DNA of 64,000 nt from NCBI RefSeq assembly GCF_018350175.1, contig NC_058368.1, forward strand, positions 28,584,001 through 28,648,000, read 5' to 3'. The notes beneath the pieces were generated by a model. The model had not been told where the DNA came from. It made no database searches and saw only the letters and a program-made list of their open reading frames with translations. Both the position numbers and the translations under genes were made by a program. Below are positions 53,146 through 64,000 of this stretch, one piece after another (position 1 is the stretch's first letter; each line of letters begins with the position of its first letter). Origin of the DNA: Felis catus. Taxonomy: Eukaryota.

Positions 53146-53743
53146 AAAGTTTGAAGGTTTCAGTATCTCAGTAAAAACAGTGTTATACAATTAATTATTT
53201 CAGAGTATAATAGTGCCTGTCACGTGTTAAATACAAATAATAAACATAAAAGACAAAAATAAACATGAATCTTCCCCATTTAACTTATTATTATTATTAT
53301 TATTATTTGCCTCTTAGTTGCAGAGGTCAGGTCAAATTATCTTTATAGAACAATACTACTCGATTTTCCTTCTGTGGTCATGACAGGTAGAAAGAAATTG
53401 CTAAACTGTTCACAGAGCATAACAACCAGGGAATAAAGTTCCAGAAAACACTGGTTAAAATATTTCCTGGCTCATGATACAGAGAATAAAAGAAAAATTC
53501 CTTTAGACACAGTGTGGTATAAAGAGCTTGAAGCACTATAAAAGTCAATAAAATCATTGTTCATTTTCCTTGAAAAAGATAAAAAGTCCAGGAGAAAATT
53601 GAGCATGAAAAAGAAATCCAAGGATAATTATTTTTACTCCTATAAAGCAGCCTTAGCAATAACCACTCAGTTGTTTGCCCAGGGCAGCTGAGAATTTATA
53701 CCAGATGAAGACATAACGAAGAATCCTGAATATTTTACTCTGC

Positions 53744-53950
53744 TTTTCTTTAATGTTTATTTATTATTTTTGAGAGACAGAGAGCACGAGCAAGGGAGGG
53801 GCAGAGAGCAAGGGAGACACAGAATCCGAAGCAGGCTTCGGGCTCTGAGCTGTCAGCACAGCGTCGATGAGGGGCTTACACCCAGGAACTGCAAAATCAT
53901 GACCTGAGCAGAAGTCGGATGACTAACCGACTGAGCCACCCAGGCGCCCC
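53744..53950 (-). mobile_element. Can-SINE
   Basis: Antisense body; TSD TGA(A/C)TATTTTACTCT. Confidence 0.94.
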
Positions 53951-55414
53951 TGACTATTTTACTCTTATAGGAAGGCTTAGGTAGCCGAAACAAAATCAGA
54001 AATTTGTAATATTTTAAACATTTTCATTTTTGTGTAAGAAAGATGTGACGGCAGAAAAAATAAAATTCCCAGAGGAGCTAATGAAAGAAAAGAAGTTACA
54101 ACTTAAAAAACAAAACAAAACAGAAAACAGAGTGTGAGCTAGTAGAGCACAGACCCTTCCAGGGTTTAAACAAAGGAGATTCACCACAAATGTTAAAATG
54201 CAGCAACAGCGACACAAATTGGGACAGTCAAGCAAAGAAAAGCTAACCGAGTAATGGAAAAGCAACGAAAAATGCGAGACAAGTGCAGCATTACCTCTAA
54301 CAAGTTCACCAGAAAGGGAAAAGGACAAGGCATTCCTTACCTGTAAGGAAATATTTGTTGCAGGAAATAACGGATTCTGAGGGGAGGCCCCAGAGTAGGA
54401 GGAGTTACATGGATCAAAGGGGATCAAACAACTGGGTTCAAAAAACTTAGAATTACTGGGAAAAAGGATTTTAACCTTAAATTTCTTTTAAATAATAAAC
54501 ATATTTAAAAATACCTGCTCATTTAAGTCTTTCAACAGAAAGTCCTTTCATAAGATGGATGAGAGTCAGAAATAAAACCACGGGGGAAATGCGTACTTTT
54601 TCTTTTTTTTTTAACTTTACTATCACAGACTCTTGCATCCCCTATAAAACTTAACTTACTGCGGTCTTGTTTAAACAAACAAATGCACTTCCTGGTAACA
54701 CTAAAGGCATCCAATAGTGAAAGAGCGCCATGGTGCTGCTCTTTAGAGGACTGACTGCCCCACCTAAAGCATTAAATTATTTCAGACCACTGAGATGCCC
54801 TTTGACATTAGACTCAATTATTTAACAGGAAATGGTGACCCGAGAGTTACGCTGTTTTGAAAAGATGGAGGGGGGGCTATTATGGGATAGTGAAAAGAAT
54901 ACCTAATTAACTTCCAGAATGGGATCTCAATTTTTTCATCGGCAAAATGAGGATAATAAAATCTATCTACTTTTTGGGTTCTCATGGTGCAAATCTAGAG
55001 GACTGCAACCCAGGACTGATGGCATAAGTCACCCCTGGACTTATTACTGGGAAAAGAGACCTTCAGACTGACCCTAGCTGTCTTTGAGGGGCCCCCACAG
55101 AGCTGCACAGGTGAGCTCTGGATCTGAGCCCTTGGGTCCTCCATTCCAACCTCTTTGTTAAGCTGCTATCCTGCTGCTATGAGGATCAAAGCTCTCCTGA
55201 GATGTTCCCTCTCTCCTCTCCCAAGGGGTGGACTGTTTCCCCTTCCTCACAAGATGGTGGATACTGGCATGTGCCTTTTAGTGAGATTTTTCTGACATTT
55301 AAGGGAACTTAGAAAGTATGACACAGAGAATGATTTCTGCACAGGCCCAGAGTCATTCCAGGGCTGCTTAGAGTGACCACTCCCAACTGTCTCCTAGTTG
55401 GCTTCCTTGTGGTG

Positions 55415-56140
55415 GTTGTGTCAGTTAGATCCTTTGGAAAGCAGATGTGGGCTTGGAATTGGCAGTGCAAAAACTTTACTGGGGAATAAGACCCACAGGA
55501 AGATTGGGATTGGGTAGAAGAGCCATTAGACTGGGATAGAGATCTGACAAAGTCTCTCTTGTCCAATGGGAGCTCCAGAGCAAAGACTGTCATTGTTGAG
55601 GTGGACCTGAAGGAGCTAACAGCTGGAGGCTATCAGCTGACCATACTCCTCACAGCTGGGCAATGAGTCTTTCTTGAAGGGGTCTCTGAGCAGCGTACAT
55701 TCCTGTGTCTGCACACAACTCAGTACCTCTAGGTATTCACTCCACATCATCAGGCCTCTGCATCAATTGGCCTCCCAAGTGACCAAACTGACCCCTCACC
55801 CAGAAAGGAGAAAAAGTCTGAGACCTGATTCCTATATCTTCAGGTCCTGCCTCATGCCCTACAGACTCCCCCCTCCACCCCCACATGACTGACAATGGAA
55901 AAGTCTATTCCACTCACAGAGACATACTGCCATCCACAAGAGTGTGGCTGGTCTATGGCCCTAATAAGACAATCACACAGATATCTAGTAGTAGTATATT
56001 CCCCAAATATGGACTATTCCATCTTGAAAAGTACCACATGTGGCATTTCAGCAGCTAATCCAAATGGCACTGTGCCAACCTCAATAAAGATCCTTGCCAG
56101 TCTCTTTTCTTCAAGGTGCCATAATCTTGGAATCCAGTTG
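55415..56140 (-). mobile_element. ERVL-type LTR (~55415-55715) with adjoining internal remnant
   Basis: TGTGTCAGTTAGATCCTTTGGAAAGCAGATG...CTTTACTGGGG...GGGTCTCTGAGCAGCGTACAT; family from memory. Confidence 0.55.
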
Positions 56141-58192
56141 TATCCAGGGGCACCTTATTTAAAAAAAACAATATATGTCTAAAGTGCTTTGAGACTCATT
56201 TTCTATGTAAATGCAAGAAATTATCCATATAGTGCCAAGTATTTATGGATGTATGAAAACATTCTTGACTGAATTTCTCACTTTCCTTCTAAATATAGCT
56301 ATCATGCACTTTCAAATAGTGAGTAATCAGCAAGAACATGCCAAAGTTTAAGAAGAGAGCATTTAAAGCATTTTTTGATTTTCCTCTTCAGAGCATATAC
56401 TTAATATGGTTAGTCTCAAGCTCAAATACAGATTTTTTTTCAAAAGTTAATTTTAAGACATGTGTTTGAAACTCAGAACATATTTCCCATTGAAACAAGA
56501 TGACATTTACTTTCCTGGGTGAACCCACAGCAGGAAAAGTACCTGGAATTGTAAGGACTTACCTCTTCTTCAATTATAAAATATTCTTAGGGGTATGATG
56601 CGTATCAAAACATTTTTAAAAAGACAGATCATTCACCTCCTTCACCGTTCAATTCAACCTGGCAACTTACAGTGTAAAGAAGACTCAAAACATTGGAACA
56701 GAAACTCAGAAGAGAGGAAGAGACAAGGCTTTGGAAGGTGGACTTGAGGAGGAAGGCTAAGAGGAATTACCCCTCCCCCATGCCAATCTCAATTTGTCTT
56801 GGCTTTCACCATTTCTTACGACCACCATAGAGTCCATCCCCTAGCAAACAAAACCTGTGCTTCCAGGAGTGGTGTGAGTGCAGTGATGAGAAGTCCCTCC
56901 CTCCCTTTCTTTCCATGCCTCTGCTCTTTCTCCCTATTCTACCTCTCACCTCCATTTTTCCTCTTCATTCTCCTCCATCTTCTGTCTTCCCCCTCTCTCA
57001 AAAGTCTTCTCTATTCTTCTTCCTCCCTGAGCCACATGTCCCATCATGCCTTATGTTGCCTCATTTCCACCTTTAAATTCTTCTCTGGTCTATCTCTTTC
57101 TTGTACCTGTGGCCACTGCCTGGATCAGGCTCTCACCATTTCTCCTCTGCAACCCACATGATTCTCCCTGTCTCTACTGTCAGGTATCCCATCCATTCTC
57201 CATCTTATAGGTACGACACATTTCATCACGTTGCTCTCCTCCTTAAGGACCCCAATACTTTGGGGGATCAAATCTAAATCCCTCATAGCTGGCTCCTGCC
57301 GCCTTTTGGGCCTCATGTCCTTGCCACACCTGCACCCATTTCATCTGACTGAGTCCTTCCTGACCCCTCAGGCTGGATTGGGCAGGCCTCCTTGAGCCTT
57401 CCTTAGTGTAACACCTTTAACTTAGCATTGTTAGTTGCTTCCTTCTGTTTCTCCTATGAGATGGTGAGCACTTTGAGGATGGACACTAAAGCTGTTGTCT
57501 GTAGTGCAGTGTTACAGAATCAAATCCATTCTACTACCAGTTTTGGGCACAGTGACAAGAGGAGTGAGGCCCTGGATGAGACGAGAGGTGACCAGGAGTG
57601 ATGAGGTTTAAGGAACAGCAGTACACGTGACAGTCATGTGTCACTCTGGACTGCAGAGGGTCTGCTTTAGCATGAGGGAAAGGGATCCAAGTGAAGGAGG
57701 GAAATTCTCAGCAGCTGATGTAAGAGAGAGCCACTTTTACAGCAGGCGGCTAGAGCACAGGCGAGCAACTTGGACTAAATTGAGCACAACTAAGTCAGGA
57801 AATTCCTGTATTCTCATTTTAATATATCATAGCATCAACAAAAGCAAATGTTGAAAATCAGTATCACAGCTCAGATGCTTTAGACCTAGATGCCCCATTG
57901 AAAATGAATGCTAAATATCTATCTTGTTTTAAAAATTCTTTGAAATGCAGTAATTTTTGTGAAAAAAAATCTTCCTAGGATACTTTTGTAAGTCATATAT
58001 ACTGTGAATAATGTACACAATATTGTGTATATGAATAATGTACATTATGAACCAAACCTTGCTGAATGGTGCTGAATGAACATTATTAATAAGGAGTATT
58101 AATTAAGATCCCTTTTTGTATTAGAATGCCCTCCTTCAATCTATGAAGCTTCTTCCTCCCAGGCAAATCTTGTCTTTAAAAATAGTACTTTT

Positions 58193-58420
58193 GGGGCGCC
58201 TGGGTGGCTTAGTCGGTTAAGCGTCCAACTTTGGCTCAGGTCATGATCTCAGAGTTCGTGGGTTTGAGCCCCGCATTAGGCTCTGTGCTGACAGCTCAGA
58301 GCCTGGAACCTGCTTCGGCTTCTGGGTCTCCCTGTCTCTCTGCCTCTCCCCTGCTCACACCCTGTCTCTTTCTCTCTCTCAAAAATGAATAAAAACGTTA
58401 AAAAATTTTTATGAAAAAAA
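58193..58420 (+). mobile_element. Can-SINE
   Basis: TSD TAAAAATAGTA(C/T)TTTT at 58177-58192 and 58421-58436. Confidence 0.95.
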
Positions 58421-60022
58421 TAAAAATAGTATTTTTGACCAGAGCAACATAAGTAGCCCCAGATTCCTGGTAACACAAACATTTGCCAAGAGTTTTTCTT
58501 CCTTAGGAGTTGAGAGTGGCTGTGTGTTAACTACGTCAGGCTACAAGGGAAACACTAACTTGCTAATTCTGGAGCAGAAATTCCTTTTTCGTTGTTTTTC
58601 TATCTACACCTGCCGATGCACAGCAGCAACAACGGAAATCAGTCAAGGGATACACAAATATGTAGCTTAATACAGGTTTTAAAAAGAGAAAGTGTTCCAT
58701 TTCATGCTTTAGTACAATAAATATTTAATAAACAGAGCAAACAAAAAAATGCTTTTGTACTTTCTTTGGGTGACAGGGCAGGCAGAGGAGAAGGAAGGAG
58801 GATGAAGGGAACAGAATTAGACATAAACAAGAGGGAACGATGAGAGACAGATAGGCACCGAGAAATCAATATACAAGCAGGAAGATAGATAAAGACAAAA
58901 GCAGAACCAGATAGGTAGAAGGGTTAAATTTTGGTGGTTGATTGAATGTGAGGGGTAAAAAGAGAAGACACAGAGGTTTCAAATGTCCGTATAAGGTGGT
59001 ACCACTAACCCTGGTGAGACAGACCAAGAGAGGAACAGGGTAGCAATGAGGCAGAATACTGAGTTCTGTCTCGGGCATAACGTGTTTGAAGGACCTGTCC
59101 CAGAACCAGGCTGAGGTTGCCTTTCAGGAGTTGGAATTACAAGACTCAGAGAAAGGGACTTAAATTCAGAGTTCATCCCCTTCAAGATGGCAACCAACGG
59201 TGTGAAACAAAAGGAAAAAAGTGGTAGGTGGAGAGCAAAGGCAGAAGAGACCCACAGTGAATGCTAAAGAATGATGTTAAACTTTTGTTAATAGCTTTTT
59301 CCAGTGAAAGCCATGTGATGGAATATGCTGCATTATTGTGCAAACATTTGGGTTTGACATTTTGTGATACGTTGATCTAAATGTCTATTGCTAATTTGAT
59401 TTGTGGCTTTACTCTGTTTTAATGGTCCAGGATCTCACAAAGAAACACAGAATCAAAAGGAAGAAGCAGCACTTCCTAAATAATGACACTCATTTTCTAT
59501 CCTATACATTAATTATGCAGAAGTATTTGCTGAAATCCAGGTGGTCGATTTACATCTTCCTTGATATCAATTGGTTGCTCTCTCAAATTGGAAAGTGTAT
59601 TTTAAAATTTGTAACAAATGGGTTGAAAGCCTACTGAAACTCTTCATTGGGTAGATGTTTAAATGGGTTAGAAACTTGTATTACCAAGTTTTCCCAAATA
59701 TTTTTGGTGTGCAGATACGAAAGTTTTAGCAGGTGTCATGTTTACATGGATTAGACAAGAGAGTCACTTAATGGTGGAGACATTGCCAAACTTCTGTTTT
59801 CAAAATGCTCTCTACATAACACAAGTTTCTTGTGAAAAGGAATTAATTTCTCTCTCTTTAGTTGACTTCATTTCAGATCTGTTTAGTATGTGATTGCTTT
59901 CCCCTCCCAATGTGGCTGATGAAAGAGCACATACTAAAAGGTCAGTTCTGCCATTTCATAATCTCTTGGCTCACAATATTAGCACCATCTTTAATCAGCA
60001 GCTTCTCTGCAGTGACTTTTTT

Positions 60023-60413
60023 AATTTTACTTAAATTCCAGTTCATTAGCACATAGTGTAATATTAGTTTCAGTGGTAGAATTTTATGATTCATCACTTA
60101 CATACAGCACCCAATGTTCATAAGAACAAGTGCCCTCCTTAATGCGCATCACCCATTTAGCCCATCCCCTACCTACCTCCCCATTAGCAAACCCCGGTTC
60201 TCTATAGTTAAGAATCTCTTATGGTTTACCTCCCTCTCTGTTTTTATGTTATTCTGTTTTTCCTTCCCTTCCCCTATGTACATGTTTCATTTAATTCCAC
60301 ATATGAGTGAAATCATGGTATTTGTCTTTCTCTGACTGACTTATTCTGCAGGCTCCATCCATATGGTTGCAAATGGAAAGATCTTATTGTTTCTTTATGA
60401 CTGAGTAATATTT

Positions 60414-60455
<42 letters not shown>

Positions 60456-61241
60456 ATCACAACTTCTTTATCCATTTGTCAGTCAGTGTTTGGGCTCTTT
60501 CCTTAATTTGGTTATGATGATAATGCTGTTATAAGACATTAGGGTGCATGAATCAGTGTTTTTGTGTCCTTTGAGTGAATACCTAGTAATGCAATTGCTG
60601 GATCGTAGGGTAGTTCTATTTTTAACATTTTGAGGAAATTCAATACTGTATTTTAGAGTGGTGGCACCCCTTTGCATTCCCATCAACAGTGTAAGAGGCT
60701 TTCCCTTTCTCCACATCCTCTCCAACACCTGTTGTTTCCTGTATTGTTAATTTTAGCCACTCTGACCTGTGTGAAGTGATATCTCGTTGTAGCTTCGATT
60801 TGTATTTCCCTGATGATGAGTGATGTTGAGCATCTTCTCATGTGTCTGTTAGGCTTCTGGGTGTCTTCTTTGAAAAAAATGTCTTATTCATGTCTTCTGC
60901 CCATTTATTAAGTGGGTTATTTGTCTTCTGAGTGTTGAGTTTGATGAGTTCTTTATAGATTTTGGATATTAACCTTTTATCAGATATGTCATTTGCAAAT
61001 ACCTTTTTCCATTCCAAAGGTTACCTTTTAGTTTTGTTGGCTGTTTCCTTCACTGTGCAGAAGTTTTTTTTGTTGTTTTTTTATCTTAATGAAGTCCCAA
61101 TAGTTCATTTTTGCTTTTGTTTCCCTTGCCTCCAGAGACATATGTGGTAAGAAGTTGCTATGGCAGATGTCAAAGAGGTTGCTCCCTGTGTTATCCTCTA
61201 GGATTTTGATGGTTTCCTGTCTCACATTTGGGTCTTTCATC
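60023..61241 (-). mobile_element. Carnivore L1: sense 3' portion of a 5'-inverted insertion, with internal (TG)n at ~60416-60454
   Basis: Antisense 3'UTR plus ORF2p fragments (MKDPNVRQETIKILEDNTGSNLFDI..., ORF 61028-61240). Confidence 0.94.
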
Positions 61242-61247
61242 TAAACG

Positions 61248-61479
61248 ATCAAGACAGTATGGTATTGGCACAAAAACAGACACATAGATAATGGAAAAAC
61301 TGGAAATGGACCCACAACTATATGGTCAACTAATCTTTGACAAAGCAGGAAAGAATATCCAATGGAAAAAAGACAGTCCGTTCAACAAATGGTGTTGGGA
61401 AAACTGGACAGCGACACGCAGAAGAATGAAACTGGACTGCTTTCTTACACCATACACAAAAATAAATTCAAAATGGATG
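61248..61479 (+). mobile_element. Inverted 5' portion of the same L1
   Basis: Encodes [14 protein letters not shown]...[24 protein letters not shown]...TKINSKWM, the ORF2p stretch directly preceding MKD.NVRQETIK. Confidence 0.94.
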
Positions 61480-62088
61480 CAGTGATTTTTTTAAAAATGA
61501 TTTGTCCATTTTTTGAGGGTTGGTTTGTTTAGAGGTGTATATTATAATCCATAAATCCACGTAAACAGTGGTTTGTGGCAGTATGCTGAAAGCAGGTGAA
61601 TGAATGAGATCACAACGGTGAACCTCCTCATTATGCAAGATGTTCCAGTCTTCCCTGGAACATTTTCTGTACCCACGTGACACAGATGGAGTGGAGGCAA
61701 CAATGTTATTCTCCGTATAAATATCGGGAAAGCCTTTAAACTGAACTTCCAAATGTTAGGAAAGCATAATTTCCTTCTCATCTGGAAATTAAAAAATATG
61801 TAGATAGGATTTCCATTATTTTTTTCCTATACCCTAGTGGTTTTGTCTTCCAAAACCCAGGGGGACAGGTGTTACCACTTCAGAGACCACTGCTTCAGAG
61901 CCATGGTTCTCACACTGTAGGGTGTCTAAGAACCTTTTGGAGGTTATTTATTCATTTATTTAGGTAGTTTATTGAGAAATAATTTACATATAGTAAAACT
62001 TACCTATTTAGGCATATAGTTCCAGGTGGTATGTAACTGTCACCATAGTCAAGACATGGAAACATCAGCAGGTGATAATCCTAGCATC

Positions 62089-62267
62089 TGAGAGACAGAG
62101 AGAGAGAGAGAGAGAGGCAGAGAGAAAGGGAGGGAGAGAATCCCAAGCAGGCTCCTCACTGTCAGTGTGGAGCCCTGTGCAGGGCTCGACCTCACCAACT
62201 GTGAGATCATGACCTGAGCCGAAATCTAGAGTCTGACACTTAATCAACTGAGCCACCCAGGTGCCCC
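62089..62267 (-). mobile_element. Can-SINE lacking its A tail
   Basis: Antisense body that starts directly at the GA tract. Confidence 0.9.
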
Positions 62268-62280
62268 AGCCCCAAAGAGG

Positions 62281-62490
62281 TTTTTTTTTTTTTTTAATGT
62301 TTATTTATTTTTGAGAGATAGAGAGACAGAGTGCAAGTAGGGGAGGAACAGAGAGAGAGGGAGACAGAGAATCTGAAGCAGGCTCCAGGCTCTGAGCTGT
62401 GAGCACAGAGCCTGATGTGGGGTTTGAACCCAGGAAACGTGACATCATGACCTGAGCTGAAGTCTGACGCTGAGCCAACCCAGGCGCCCC
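62281..62490 (-). mobile_element. Can-SINE
   Basis: TSD CCCCAAAGAGGTTT at 62270-62283 and 62492-62505. Confidence 0.95.
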
Positions 62491-62888
62491 ACCCCAAAGA
62501 GGTTTCTAAGCAGAACACTACAGTATCCACTACAGTCCATTTTTTATGCCCCTCATATCCATATGCATTTTAATGGCAAGTTCCCTTGGTCTGTAAACAG
62601 CCTACCCAGGATTCTGGTAGGTCTTGTTTCCTGTGGAACTTAACAAAAAAAGGCCAGTGGGAAGAACAAAAGCCTCTACTACCACAGTTGATCTGGAGAC
62701 GGTACTAATACTTGATACCCACCTCTTCCTTTGCCCATTCCCCTTAACCTCAGCCAGGAGCTATGCCAGTCTAGGTGGCTTGCCTACTACAATGACCCAG
62801 ACTCTCATTCTTGAGGGGTCTGAGCTCCTGTTACCATGATCCTGCAGCTTCTGTATCTGTGAATTTGTTATTAAAATGGGGCAACTGA

Positions 62889-62970
62889 TGCTTTGATTTC
62901 TGTGTTTCCCTCTCTTTCTGCCCCTCCCCAACTCATACTCTGTCTTTCTCTCAAAAACAAAGCATTAAAA
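62889..62970 (+). mobile_element. 5'-truncated Can-SINE (3' half)
   Basis: CT tract and tail; outer TSD AAA(A/G)TGGGGCAACTGA at 62873-62888 and 63197-63212. Confidence 0.85.
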
Positions 62971-62973
62971 ACA

Positions 62974-63182
62974 TTTTTTTTAACATTTGTTTATTTTTGA
63001 GACAGAGAGAGACAGAGCACGAACAGGGGAGGGTCAGAGAGAGGGAGACACAGAATCTGAAACAGGCTCCAGGCTCTGAGCTGTCAGCACAGAGCCCGAC
63101 GCGGGGCTCAAGCTCACGGACCACGAAATCATGACCTGAGCCAAAGTCGGCTGCTTAACCGACTGAGACACCCAGGCGCCCC
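62974..63182 (-). mobile_element. Can-SINE inserted antisense into the tail of the previous SINE
   Basis: Full-length body; inner TSD AAAAAC(A/T)TTTT at 62967-62977 and 63183-63193. Confidence 0.94.
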
Positions 63183-63807
63183 AAAAACTTTTTAAAAAAG
63201 TGGGGCAACTGAGAACCAAGAGATGCTTCACATGGATTACTTGAGCACCAAGCATATTCTACCCTGCCCTCCACTGTGTAGCAACAACTCATAACCACCC
63301 CTGCAGCTCAACATCAACTACCCACCCACCTTGCTATAGCAGGGAGGGGATTTCAACAGAAGCTATTACAATATTCCTTAAATCAATGGAGCCTTAAGAG
63401 ACTGTGATGTGCCTTGAAGATGGTATAATGTATAACTTGTTTATTGGGATAAAATAATTTCTGTGGAAAGGAAATAATTTGGCAAAATATTTCTGAGCTT
63501 CTCTGTCCTGATACTCCAAGCCTTTTCCATTCAGAAACCAAAACTCTTCATTGATTCTGAATCCTTGTCTAGCAACTTCCCACCCCTTACTTTTTTTTTT
63601 ACAGCCAAAATCTTCAAAAGATGTCTCTGCCAGCATTTTCCAAAGCATCCAAGCAATACTAGTTCCATGGTATTAAAAAGCAATTTTAGGGTAAATGTAT
63701 TTGGAAATTTTAATTATCACTAATAGCTAAGATTCGCTGATGGCTTGCTACAAAGTAGGCACTATGCTAAGAGATTTCAGAGTATTAGCTCATTTACTTT
63801 ATTCAGG

Positions 63808-64000
63808 CATTCATTCATTCAACAAATATTTACTGAATTCATACTATGTGCCAGTCATTGTAATAGATGTTGGGAATATAATAAAATACAACAACCACAA
63901 AACACATAGTTGTTACCCCCACAGGGCTCACACTTTAGTGGGAAGACAGGTATTAATCAAAGAATCACAAATAAATGTAAAATTGCAGTGTTATTGAATG
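63808..64000 (-). mobile_element. L2 3' end (antisense)
   Basis: CATTCATTCATTCAACAAATATTTACTGA...TACTATGTGCCAG. Confidence 0.8.

Noticed and set aside
56557..56660. Perfect minus-strand donor GAG|GTAAGT with a possible upstream exon
   Set aside because: All three frames are closed, the acceptor is weak, and isolated donors are expected by chance in 64 kb.
9280..63255. Recurrent ORFs such as MAQSVKRPTSAQVMIS... and ...ERGRHRIGNRLQALS... as a gene family or repeat array
   Set aside because: They are translations of dispersed Can-SINE copies, irregularly spaced and with individual TSDs; not genes and not CRISPR-like.

Overview
Mammalian genomic DNA, almost certainly from a felid (cat family): it holds about 23 tRNA-derived Can-SINEs, two of them near-intact young feline-type copies. 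The only clear gene-associated feature is a CpG island (~2.7-4.0 kb). It looks like the promoter and first exon of a minus-strand gene whose first intron runs off the left end; I cannot name the gene. The promoter carries a perfect CArG box next to a GTCACGTG E-box. The remaining ~60 kb appears to be upstream/intergenic sequence: SINEs, L1/L2/MIR remnants, MaLR/ERVL LTRs, Tigger and hAT DNA transposons, microsatellites and a few unique segments that may be enhancers. No intact protein-coding gene, RNA gene or CRISPR-like array is supported, and I found no convincing new biological system. The best-supported curiosities are mechanistic: a twin-primed (5'-inverted) L1 with its TSD, a SINE nested antisense in another SINE's tail, back-to-back inverted L1 ORF2 remnants, a complete Tigger element and a possible recursive-splice motif. 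Repeat subfamily names are from memory, not from a database search, and old-repeat boundaries are approximate.
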